Positions 50,617-59,483 of a DNA stretch of 64,000 nt are shown piece after piece. The DNA lies in NCBI GenBank assembly GCA_041906785.1, contig JAYRIM010000023.1, positions 19-64,018 of the forward strand. Direction: 5' to 3'. The number at the start of each line of letters is the position of its first letter. The stretch's first letter is position 1. A program made the translations under genes and the position numbers. This stretch comes from Candidatus Levyibacteriota bacterium (GTDB taxonomy: Bacteria; Patescibacteriota; Microgenomatia; Levybacterales; UBA12049). Below the pieces are notes generated by a model. That model was not told where the DNA came from. It ran no database searches and worked only from the letters and a program-made list of their open reading frames with translations.

Positions 50617-52449
50617 ATGATTTCTTCAGCAGAGATTGTTAAAAAATACATCACTTTTTTTAAAGACCGGGGGCATGTCCAGATCCCCAATTCTCCTCTC
50701 GTGTTACAAAATGATCCGACAACTTTATTCACAAGTTCAGGAATGCAACCATTAGTCCCTTACCTTTTAGGTGAACCACATCCACAAGGAACAAGATTAG
50801 TAAATGTCCAAAACTCGATAAGAACGCAAGATATAGAAGAAGTTGGAGATAATCGTCATACAACATTTTTCCGTATGTTAGGCAATTGGAGTCTCGGTGA
50901 TTATTTTAAAAAAGAAGAAATTCCGTGGTTTTGGGAATTCTTAACAAAAGAATTAAAACTTTCTAAAGAAAAACTATACATAACAGTCTTCAGTGGCATA
51001 GGGGATATTCCGAAAGATGAAGAGGCTGTCCTGATTTGGAATGAAGTATTAAAAAAAGAAGGTCTTAATCCTGAAGAAAGAATGTACTATTACAGTGATA
51101 AGAGTAATTGGTGGTCACGTTCAGGTATTCCAGCGAACATGCCACCAGGAGAACCCGGAGGACCGTCAAGCGAAGTGTTCTATGAGTTTACGAATGTAAA
51201 ACATGACACGAGATACGGGGAAAAATGTCATCCGAACTGTGATTGCGGTAGATTTATGGAAATAGGCAATTCCGTTTTTATGCAGTACGTTAAGCAAGAA
51301 GATGGATCTTTTAAACCTTTGCCAAAAAATAATATAGATTTTGGTGGAGGGCTTGAGAGGCTTGCAGCAGCTATTCATAACAATCCTGATGTTTTTACGA
51401 CAGATCTTTATAGTCCAATTATTTCAGAGATAGAAAAATATAGTAATAAAACATATACAGAAGAGAATAATAAAGCAGCAATGCGTGTTATAGCGGATCA
51501 TATAAAGGCTGCAGCATTTCTTATTATTGATACTATTAGACCTTCGAACAAAGAACATGGATATATTTTAAGAAGACTTATCAGAAGAGCTGCCGTAAAA
51601 ATGCATCATCTCGGCGAAGGTATAACGCCTGGATCTTTTTCTTCATTAGTAGATGAAGTATTAAGAATTGAAGAACAAATTGATCAAAAAATGAGTCATG
51701 AAAAGAACAGAACCACTGTCGTTCAGGTAATAGAAGAGGAGATGACACGATTCGAAAAAACTCTTGATAAAGGGTTACATGAAGTTGAGAAAAATGTTGC
51801 GAGACTTGATGAAATCGCGTTTGATCTTTACCAATCATACGGTTTTCCATTCGAAATCTTAGAAGAATTAGCCAAACAAAAAGGTACAAAATTAGATAAA
51901 GAAAAGTTCCAACAGAAACTTGAAGATCATAAAAGTCAATCTCGCACTGCATCAGCAGGAAAATTCCGAGGTGGATTGGCTGATCATCAAGAACGGACGA
52001 TCATGGGCCATACAGCAACACACCTTTTACATCAAGCCCTACGTGATGTTCTCGGTAAGCATGTTCATCAAACAGGGTCAAATATTACCACAGAAAGAGT
52101 CCGATTTGATTTTAATTACGAACAGAAGTTAACAGATGATCAATTAAAACAAGTAGAAGATATCGTTAATCAAAAAATAAGAGAGAATTTACCTGTCCAT
52201 TATGAAATGATACCTACAGAAAAAGCGAAAAACATGGGAGCAATTGGCCTTTTCGAAGATACATATGCAGAAACATCGAAAATTTATTTTATCGGTGATA
52301 CCTCGAAATCATATAACAATGCGTATTCCATAGAATTCTGCGGAGGGCCGCATGTTGAACACACAAGTGTTATTAAAAATTTTAAAATTATAAAACAAGA
52401 GAATCTTGGAGGAAATCAAAAAAGATTATATGCAGTTATTAATCAGTAA
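50617..52449 (+). CDS. alaS: Alanyl-tRNA synthetase, short form (catalytic, tRNA-recognition and editing domains; no C-Ala domain)
   Basis: N-terminal NDPTTLFTSSGMQPLVPYLLG. Editing HTATHLLHQALR and CGGPHVEHT. 610 aa. TATAAT 8 nt upstream of the ATG. Confidence 0.8.
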   Translation: MISSAEIVKKYITFFKDRGHVQIPNSPLVLQNDPTTLFTSSGMQPLVPYLLGEPHPQGTRLVNVQNSIRTQDIEEVGDNRHTTFFRMLGNWSLGDYFKKEEIPWFWEFLTKELKLSKEKLYITVFSGIGDIPKDEEAVLIWNEVLKKEGLNPEERMYYYSDKSNWWSRSGIPANMPPGEPGGPSSEVFYEFTNVKHDTRYGEKCHPNCDCGRFMEIGNSVFMQYVKQEDGSFKPLPKNNIDFGGGLERLAAAIHNNPDVFTTDLYSPIISEIEKYSNKTYTEENNKAAMRVIADHIKAAAFLIIDTIRPSNKEHGYILRRLIRRAAVKMHHLGEGITPGSFSSLVDEVLRIEEQIDQKMSHEKNRTTVVQVIEEEMTRFEKTLDKGLHEVEKNVARLDEIAFDLYQSYGFPFEILEELAKQKGTKLDKEKFQQKLEDHKSQSRTASAGKFRGGLADHQERTIMGHTATHLLHQALRDVLGKHVHQTGSNITTERVRFDFNYEQKLTDDQLKQVEDIVNQKIRENLPVHYEMIPTEKAKNMGAIGLFEDTYAETSKIYFIGDTSKSYNNAYSIEFCGGPHVEHTSVIKNFKIIKQENLGGNQKRLYAVINQ

Positions 52450-52500
52450 TTTGCTATAGATAGACATATTGGGTACAATATTTTTAATCTCAAGATTTCT

Positions 52501-54801
52501 ATGAACCTGCCTATAAAATTGCCATTCTTAGAGAAAAAATCGAAAACAGAATACTACCTTGCTATTTTACTGCGCGATGAAAAAGTAACAGCAATTACTT
52601 TTAAACAAAACTCCGGAAATATCGCCATTATAAATTCTTTTGATCAACCCCTAGATTCTCTTATTGAGCATACAGGTATAGATACATTGGTTGAATCCTT
52701 AGATAAAGCGATAAGTCGTGCTGAAGAAACACTCCCGCCCAACATTGAGACGCAAAATACGGTCTTCGGTGTAAAAGACACTTGGGTGGAAGATAAAACG
52801 ATTAAAAAAGATTACCTAAAGAAACTAAAATATGTCTCCGAAAAATTAGACTTAATACCTATTGGATTTATTGTTCTTTCAGAAGCTATCGCACATCTTA
52901 TCCATCAGGAAGAAGGGGCTCCTGTTTCCGCATTGCTCACAGAAGTTGGAGATAAAACAGTCACAGTCAGTTTATTCCGGGCAGGTAAGTTAATAGAAAC
53001 AAGACATCAGGAGATTGAAACAACAGCTATGGAAGCTGTTGATCATGCTTTAAGACAATTTGAACGGGTAGAAATCTTCCCATCTAGAGTTGTCTTATTT
53101 CACACCGTGACACAACAAGAAAAAGAGAGAAATGATGAGCTTGCGCAGGAGTTTATCGCCCATCAATGGAGTAAAGGATTACCTTTCCTCCATGTACCGC
53201 AGGTTTCAATTCTCCCCTTAGGATTTGATGGAAAAGCTATGGTTGCAGGTGCTGCAACACAACTCGGTTATTCAACAACTGGTATTACTGTTGCCCATGC
53301 GACAGAGATTCAGAATGTCGACCAAGTTGAAAATCGTCATGAAGAAAAGCACCATAAAGTTTCTCATCATAAAGAGGAACTCCCTAATCAAAACGAAGAA
53401 GACATTCCTGCTGCTGCGGATAATTTTGGGTTTGTTATAAACAAAGATATCGCTTCAGAAGAAAAAAGTAAAAATGAACCTCCGAAGGAACTTGCCGATG
53501 AGACTGTACAATCTGAAACATTTACAGAAGAAAAATTAGATCATGTAGAATCTGAACAAAATGAATACCAAGAGGAAAAAAGAGAAACAAGAAAAAAGAT
53601 CTCATTATTTGCACTCCTTGCGGTATTTAAGAAATTCCATATCCCTGGTATTAAAGCAATACCGTTAAAAAACCGTTTCCTTTTTGTACCACCTATTATT
53701 CTTCTTTTCTGCATAGGCATTCTCTTGCTTTATATTTTTACAGTAAAAGCTACTGTCACATTAGGAATCGCTCCTATTCAAGCAGATGAAACTGCTAAGT
53801 TGACCTTTACCCTGGATGGAGAGAATGAATTTGAAAATAACATATTAAAGGCATCAACAGTCTCTCTATCTCTAGAAGGCTCTGTGACGACTGATGCTAC
53901 GGGAGAAAAAGAAATAGGCAATAAAGCAAAAGGGACAGTAACTATGTATAACAGCGGTAACGCAAAAAAAACTTTAAAGGAAGGTACAGCAATTACATCT
54001 GATAATGGATTAAGTTATGTAACTGATAAAGAAGTAAGTGTGGCATCTGCTTCAGGAGATATTTTTTCAGGCATCAAATCGGGCACTGCACAAGTATCAG
54101 TCACAGCAAAAAAGATAGGCACAGAATACAATCTTCCGTCGAATACAAAATTCAGTATTGAAGGAAATAATGACATTGCAGCGAAAAATGACGCTGCTTT
54201 TTCAGGAGGTTCGAAGAAAAAGGTTACTGTAGTAACAAAAAAAGATACTGATAAACTTCTTGCAGACTTACCCAAAAAATTACAAACAAACGCTAAAGAA
54301 GCTTTAGAAGATAAAAAACCGGCAGAAGATATGCTGCTTGGTGATTTTATAGAGACGAAGGTAGAAAAAAGTTCATTTGATAAAGACATCGATGAAGAAG
54401 CAAAATCAGTAACTTTAAAAGGAACTGTTAAATTTACGAGTTTTACCTATAATGCCTCAAACATGGAAAGCTTTACGCAAACCTTGTTAGCAAAAAAATA
54501 TACACCAAATCAATATTCGTTTCATAAAGAACCAATTGTCACAATTACAAACGTTAAAAAAATAAGTGATAAAGAATTATCAGGAGTTGCAGAAATTAAA
54601 ACTGGTTTAGTACCAAAACTCGATACCGCTAAAATTGCAAAAGACTTAGCAGGTAAATCATTTACTCAAGCACAGGAGTATAGTAAATCTCTCTCTCAAG
54701 TACAGAATATGCAGATCCAACTTCATCCTGATCTTCCGCTCATTCCAAAACTTCTTCCGAGAATGACCAACAATATACAGGTTATTGTTCAGCCACAATA
54801 A
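52501..54801 (+). CDS. Bitopic membrane protein. N-terminal cytoplasmic domain possibly actin-like (FtsA/PilM-like ASKHA fold), acidic linker, one TM, Lys-rich extracellular C-terminal domain. Co-operonic with the sortase.
   Basis: 766 aa. TM LFVPPIILLFCIGILLLYIFTV. The ASKHA-like guess comes from ALLTEVGDKTVTVSLFRAGKL and flanking pattern. Stop overlaps the sortase start. Confidence 0.4.
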   Translation: MNLPIKLPFLEKKSKTEYYLAILLRDEKVTAITFKQNSGNIAIINSFDQPLDSLIEHTGIDTLVESLDKAISRAEETLPPNIETQNTVFGVKDTWVEDKTIKKDYLKKLKYVSEKLDLIPIGFIVLSEAIAHLIHQEEGAPVSALLTEVGDKTVTVSLFRAGKLIETRHQEIETTAMEAVDHALRQFERVEIFPSRVVLFHTVTQQEKERNDELAQEFIAHQWSKGLPFLHVPQVSILPLGFDGKAMVAGAATQLGYSTTGITVAHATEIQNVDQVENRHEEKHHKVSHHKEELPNQNEEDIPAAADNFGFVINKDIASEEKSKNEPPKELADETVQSETFTEEKLDHVESEQNEYQEEKRETRKKISLFALLAVFKKFHIPGIKAIPLKNRFLFVPPIILLFCIGILLLYIFTVKATVTLGIAPIQADETAKLTFTLDGENEFENNILKASTVSLSLEGSVTTDATGEKEIGNKAKGTVTMYNSGNAKKTLKEGTAITSDNGLSYVTDKEVSVASASGDIFSGIKSGTAQVSVTAKKIGTEYNLPSNTKFSIEGNNDIAAKNDAAFSGGSKKKVTVVTKKDTDKLLADLPKKLQTNAKEALEDKKPAEDMLLGDFIETKVEKSSFDKDIDEEAKSVTLKGTVKFTSFTYNASNMESFTQTLLAKKYTPNQYSFHKEPIVTITNVKKISDKELSGVAEIKTGLVPKLDTAKIAKDLAGKSFTQAQEYSKSLSQVQNMQIQLHPDLPLIPKLLPRMTNNIQVIVQPQ

Positions 54802-55532
54802 TGTATATGAAATATGTTTATAAAAAACATGATAGACTTCGAAAAAGAAAAATAATCCGCTATTCAGGATTAGGTATTAGTATTTTTGGGATTTTCATGC
54901 TTCTTTATATTTCATTTCCGTTATTATCGTGGGCATTAGTTTTTGAGCCAGCTTTTGCTGCCAACGATATGCAATCACCCATTCCAAAGTCAACAGTATT
55001 AGGTGCAGATTCTATCCGTACACTTATAGCAAATGCCGTGAATTCCGTAAGCACTGACTACACTAATGCAGAAACGTGGTTTCCTTCTTACATAGTAGAA
55101 AGAAGTAAAGATGAACGCATTATAACCACATATAATATTTCGATTCCTAAACTTAACGTTAAGTATGCAAACGTATCGACGATTGATACAGATTTAGCAA
55201 AACATCTTGTTCACTATCCAGGAACTGCACTGCCAGGGAAAGTGGGTAACGCTGTCATTTTCGGTCATTCTACCTTACCCAGTCTCTTCAATCCTACAGA
55301 CTATAAAACAATATTTGCCAAAGCACATACATTAAAGATAGGGGATACTTTTTTAGTAACTTCTAATGCTAAGGAATATTCTTATGTTATTGATTCAATT
55401 ACTATTACCACGCCGGAAGATACGTCGATTTTTTCGCAACCTTCTGATGGAAGTTATGTGACACTAGTAACATGCACTCCTCCAGGGACAACATGGAAAC
55501 GGCTTATCATTAAAGCAAAATTAAATAAATAG
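54801..55532 (+). CDS. Sortase-family transpeptidase, paralog of 5620-6351
   Basis: FGHSTLP, LVTCTPPGT, WKRLIIKA. N-terminal basic plus TM anchor. Confidence 0.7.
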   Translation: MYMKYVYKKHDRLRKRKIIRYSGLGISIFGIFMLLYISFPLLSWALVFEPAFAANDMQSPIPKSTVLGADSIRTLIANAVNSVSTDYTNAETWFPSYIVERSKDERIITTYNISIPKLNVKYANVSTIDTDLAKHLVHYPGTALPGKVGNAVIFGHSTLPSLFNPTDYKTIFAKAHTLKIGDTFLVTSNAKEYSYVIDSITITTPEDTSIFSQPSDGSYVTLVTCTPPGTTWKRLIIKAKLNK

Positions 55533-55726
55533 AATCGTGACAAATCATTAACTCTCAGTTACAATAACAACATGCAACAACCAAATAAACTTCAAATAAT
55601 CATGAAACAAATCTGGCCAACGATTTATAAAGTAATCAATGCTGTTTTTTATTTTATTATCAATCTTATAAAGACAACTATCAAAGATATGTACCGCATG
55701 ATTCGGACAGGAGGGACTGGATAGAA

Positions 55727-56995
55727 ATGGATCGTAAAAAAATTGTCCTCGAAGCAATTCAAAAAAAACTCACTGGAAAACCTCTAACCTACCATGAAAT
55801 ATTTGCCATTATGGATGAGATCGCCCATAAACGTTTGGGGGATGTCCTCACAACTTATTTTGCAGCATCAGGATATGCGGAAGGTTTTTCAGATGAAGAA
55901 TTATACTATTTAACAAAAGCAATGGTAGAGACAGGTGAACACTTAAAGTTCCCTGGTATTGTTGCAGATAAACATTCTATTGGTGGTGTACCTGGTACTC
56001 GTACAACACTCATTGTTGTTCCAATAATGGCAGCAGCAGGATTCACAATTCCTAAAAATTCCTCACGTGCTATTACTACGCCAGGCGGGACTGCAGATGA
56101 TATGGAGGTTCTTGCTCCAGTTATTTTTTCAAAGGATGAAATCTATAAAATTGTGAAAGAAGCAAATGCATGTATTGTTTGGGGTGGCGGTGTTGATATA
56201 GCTCCAGCAGACGATGTGTTGATAAAAGTAGAAGAACCACTTATGTTTGAAAGTTTTGATAAAATTCTCGTATCGATTATGGCTAAAAAGGTAGCTTTTG
56301 GCGCTACACATGTTGTGATAGACCTTCCTTTTGGATCTCATGTAAAAGTACATCATCATAAAGATGCACTTGTTGTACGAGAAAAATTTGAATCACTCGC
56401 TAAAAGATTCCATATTAAAATTCGTGTACGAATTCATAAAACAGAAGAGCCAGCAGGTAGAGGGGTTGGGCCAGTATTAGAAGCAAAAGAAGCTTTGAAA
56501 GTTCTCGAACAGACAGATGATAGGCCATTTGATCTTGAGCAGCGTTCTCTGGCATTGGCATCTGAACTACTTGATTTATGTTTAGAAGATGCAGATAAAG
56601 AATTACAAGAAAAAGTAAAAAAGGATTTTCAGACTCCTGATCGATGGGCAAAACACTTATTGACGTCAGGACTTGCTTTGAAAAAAATGCGTGAAATTAT
56701 ACACGCACAAGGCGGTAATCCAGACATAAAAAGTTCTCAGCTACATCCTGGAAAATTCACTTATTCTATAACTGCTGAAAAACGAAGTATTATTTCGAAA
56801 ATGAATAGTAAAAACATTTCTATCATTGCAAAAATTCTAGGTTGTCCTGATGATAAAAAAGCAGGTTTATATCTTCATAAAAAGATAGGTGAAGAAGCGA
56901 AAGCCGGAGACATATTATATACCATGTATACAACCGAAGAGCATAAACTTCTTGAAGCGAAAGATTCTCTTACAAGCTTTCCCATTATGGAATAA
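55727..56995 (+). CDS. Thymidine phosphorylase family (pyrimidine-nucleoside / AMP phosphorylase-type) protein
   Basis: HSIGGVPGTRTTLIVVPIMAAAG and TPGGTADDMEVL regions of the TP/AMPpase family. SD GGAGGG upstream. Confidence 0.7.
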   Translation: MDRKKIVLEAIQKKLTGKPLTYHEIFAIMDEIAHKRLGDVLTTYFAASGYAEGFSDEELYYLTKAMVETGEHLKFPGIVADKHSIGGVPGTRTTLIVVPIMAAAGFTIPKNSSRAITTPGGTADDMEVLAPVIFSKDEIYKIVKEANACIVWGGGVDIAPADDVLIKVEEPLMFESFDKILVSIMAKKVAFGATHVVIDLPFGSHVKVHHHKDALVVREKFESLAKRFHIKIRVRIHKTEEPAGRGVGPVLEAKEALKVLEQTDDRPFDLEQRSLALASELLDLCLEDADKELQEKVKKDFQTPDRWAKHLLTSGLALKKMREIIHAQGGNPDIKSSQLHPGKFTYSITAEKRSIISKMNSKNISIIAKILGCPDDKKAGLYLHKKIGEEAKAGDILYTMYTTEEHKLLEAKDSLTSFPIME

Positions 56996-57006
56996 GTAAA
57001 TGTTCG

Positions 57007-58008
57007 GTGAATATACACTTTCAAGCTATGCGGCAAAAAAAAAAGCAAACACCATATTTGTATTTATTTATAAGTTTACTAGGTCTTTTCATAATAGGCC
57101 TATTGTTTGGGTGGATTATAAATACTCAACCTGTAGATAGTAATAATGTTACAAAAAAAACCTTCGTTATTTCTCCAGGCACAGGAGTTCGTACTATATC
57201 TCAACAGTTATACACACAAGGGTTAATACGGAATGATTTTATTTTTCTCCTCGTTGTTAAAAAGCTTGGTATTGAAGGATCAATACAAGCAGGAACGTAC
57301 TCTTTATCGCCCAGTATGAATGCTGAAGAAATTGCGAAAACGTTAACTGTAGGAAAAAATGATATCCGTGTGACGATTCCAGAAGGTAAAAGAGCTGAGG
57401 AGGTGGCAGAAATTATAGTTGAAAAAATACCTTCTATACATTTTGAAGAGGTTAAAATAAAACTTGTTGCATATGAAGGCTATCTTTTCCCCGATACCTA
57501 CTATTTTAATAATGCAACAACACTTGATACAATCGTAAAAACCTTAACATCTCATTTCGATTCAAAATTTGCAACGCTATCCCCATCTACAACCAATGTA
57601 ACAAAAGAAAAACTCGTAACAATTGCATCTTTGATAGAGCGTGAAGCAAGACATGCTGAAGATAGGCCTCTTATCGCAAGTGTAATCTATAATAGATTGA
57701 GTATTGGCATGAAACTTGATATAGATGCAACCGTTCAATATGCTCTTGGTTATAATTTTTATCAAAAAACTTGGTGGAAGAAAGGTCTTACAAATGCAGA
57801 CTTACAGGTAGATTCTCCATATAATACCTATACGAATCCAGGGCTTCCTCCAGGACCGATTGCTAATCCTGGACTCGCCTCGTTAGATGCAGCTCTCAAT
57901 CCAGCAGAGACAGATTATTTGTTCTATATAGCAGATAAGCAAGGTGTAAATAGATATGCACGAACTCTTGATGAACACAATGAAAATATCCAAAGATACG
58001 GTTTATAA
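57007..58008 (+). CDS. mltG: Endolytic murein transglycosylase MltG (YceG-like)
   Basis: N-terminal TM, YceG domain with GLPPGPIANPG and the catalytic Glu region LIEREAR. Confidence 0.8.
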   Translation: MNIHFQAMRQKKKQTPYLYLFISLLGLFIIGLLFGWIINTQPVDSNNVTKKTFVISPGTGVRTISQQLYTQGLIRNDFIFLLVVKKLGIEGSIQAGTYSLSPSMNAEEIAKTLTVGKNDIRVTIPEGKRAEEVAEIIVEKIPSIHFEEVKIKLVAYEGYLFPDTYYFNNATTLDTIVKTLTSHFDSKFATLSPSTTNVTKEKLVTIASLIEREARHAEDRPLIASVIYNRLSIGMKLDIDATVQYALGYNFYQKTWWKKGLTNADLQVDSPYNTYTNPGLPPGPIANPGLASLDAALNPAETDYLFYIADKQGVNRYARTLDEHNENIQRYGL

Positions 58009-58028
58009 AAGAGCGTTTATTATCTTGA

Positions 58029-58430
58029 TTAGTTAACTCTTTTTTGAGGACGCCTGAAAAACCTACGAGGAGACGGTTTCTCACTACTTGCCAGTAATTT
58101 TTTTAATTCATTAGTATCAACTTCTTGATTGGCTTCTGCCTCTTCGTGTACTTCTTTATGAAGATCTTGTGTAGTGTTTATATGTGAATGTTCTTCCTCT
58201 GATAGGAAATCGTCTCCAACTTCATCGTCGTCGTCAACAATTTTCTGAAATTCTTCTATAACACTATCCCATCCAGAAATCTTATCCTTTCCTTCTTCAA
58301 GAAGCATCTTTAGAATTCTTCTGCCTTTTTTCGTAACAAATAAAAGTGTTATTACTACTCCGAAAATAAGGCCAAGCAAAAACCCCCCATTACTATTATG
58401 CTGCTTTTGTTCCATATACTTTGAAGACAT
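58029..58430 (-). CDS. YtxH-like small membrane protein with acidic tail
   Basis: GGFLLGLIFGVVITLLFVTKKGRRILKMLLEEGKD resembles YtxH family N-termini. Confidence 0.45.
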   Translation of the reverse strand: MSSKYMEQKQHNSNGGFLLGLIFGVVITLLFVTKKGRRILKMLLEEGKDKISGWDSVIEEFQKIVDDDDEVGDDFLSEEEHSHINTTQDLHKEVHEEAEANQEVDTNELKKLLASSEKPSPRRFFRRPQKRVN

Positions 58431-58723
58431 TATTCTTTTTTCTGCTTTTTTTCGTCCGATTCCTTATTTAATACATGACGTACGAATTTAGCTACTGTTA
58501 GCAATGAGCCAGCTTTTACATTTGAAGCAATGGATGATAATGATGCTATTGGTCCGGAAACATTATCAGTTATTGAACCAGCATTATCGAGAACTTTATT
58601 CGCTTTAACAATAGTTTTTCTGAGGTCTTTCAAAATGAAAAATACTTGTACTCCTAAAATAACAAGAAGGATTGTAAGAACAGCAATAACGAAAAGCAAA
58701 ACGAGCTGGACAGTATCGATCAT
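58430..58723 (-). CDS. DUF948/YtxG-like small membrane protein
   Basis: N-terminal TM then helical region. Paired with a ytxH-like gene, as in Bacillus ytxG-ytxH. Confidence 0.4.
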   Translation of the reverse strand: MIDTVQLVLLFVIAVLTILLVILGVQVFFILKDLRKTIVKANKVLDNAGSITDNVSGPIASLSSIASNVKAGSLLTVAKFVRHVLNKESDEKKQKKE

Positions 58724-58783
58724 ATTATCTAGCTTACTGTAGAGGACTCTCCTCTGTCAAGAATGAATTGAGTAAGAGTGTAT

Positions 58784-59413
58784 TTACTCTTTGACATCAA
58801 TTGTCTTAGTAATTTGAGTAGTTTTACCAAAACGGTTTGTCGCTTTTATAATAATAGGCGTTTTTCCAGTAAATGCTGAGAGAGTTTTTCTAAATGTTCC
58901 ATCATCATGAATCGCAACAGGTACATTATTTACTGTGACTGTTGAATAGGGATTCGTTTTCCCCTCGATAAAAATATCACCAGTTAAAATAGATACTTGT
59001 TTAATACTAGTGAGAGCAAGCGGGGGATTAATAAATGCATCTTTGTATGAGTAAGCCATATAGCCTAGAAAAGAAAATATAATTAATAAAAGGATGATTG
59101 TTGTTTGCTGTACTTTAAATCTTGAAAAACTCACATCAGCTGGATTCGCAAAACGGTCTGGCAATACTGCCAACGAAGCAGAAATATCAAATTCTCTTCT
59201 AAACAATGCAAGTGCCTCTCTTCGTGGAAATCCTAAAAAATCCGCATAATTAACTACAAATCCTTGTGCGTATGCGCTTGCCGGAAGTTTATGATATTCA
59301 CCACGTTCAATAGCCTTTAAAAATGCAGGGCGAATTTTCGTTTCCCTTGTCACATCCTCTAACGATAATCCTCTTTGAATACGTTGTTCACGAAGTCTCT
59401 GGCCTATTTTTAT
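58784..59413 (-). CDS. rodZ: RodZ-like cytoskeleton protein (HTH-XRE, TM and extracellular domain). Likely start at the internal Met MIKIGQRL; the ORF track extends to 59449.
   Basis: IGQRLREQRIQRGLSLEDVTRETKIRPAFLKAIERGEY HTH. Central TM IILLLIIFSFLGYMAY. Confidence 0.6.
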   Translation of the reverse strand: MKIGQRLREQRIQRGLSLEDVTRETKIRPAFLKAIERGEYHKLPASAYAQGFVVNYADFLGFPRREALALFRREFDISASLAVLPDRFANPADVSFSRFKVQQTTIILLLIIFSFLGYMAYSYKDAFINPPLALTSIKQVSILTGDIFIEGKTNPYSTVTVNNVPVAIHDDGTFRKTLSAFTGKTPIIIKATNRFGKTTQITKTIDVKE

Positions 59414-59483
59414 CATAATGAAACAATGTCTTACTTTATAGTTATACAATTCTTACTGTTCGTCAAGCACTAGTATACATTTC

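Noticed and set aside
55548-55757. 69-aa minus-strand ORF
   Set aside because: It overlaps the start and RBS region of the phosphorylase gene on the opposite strand and has no supporting signals. It is a chance ORF in AT-rich DNA.
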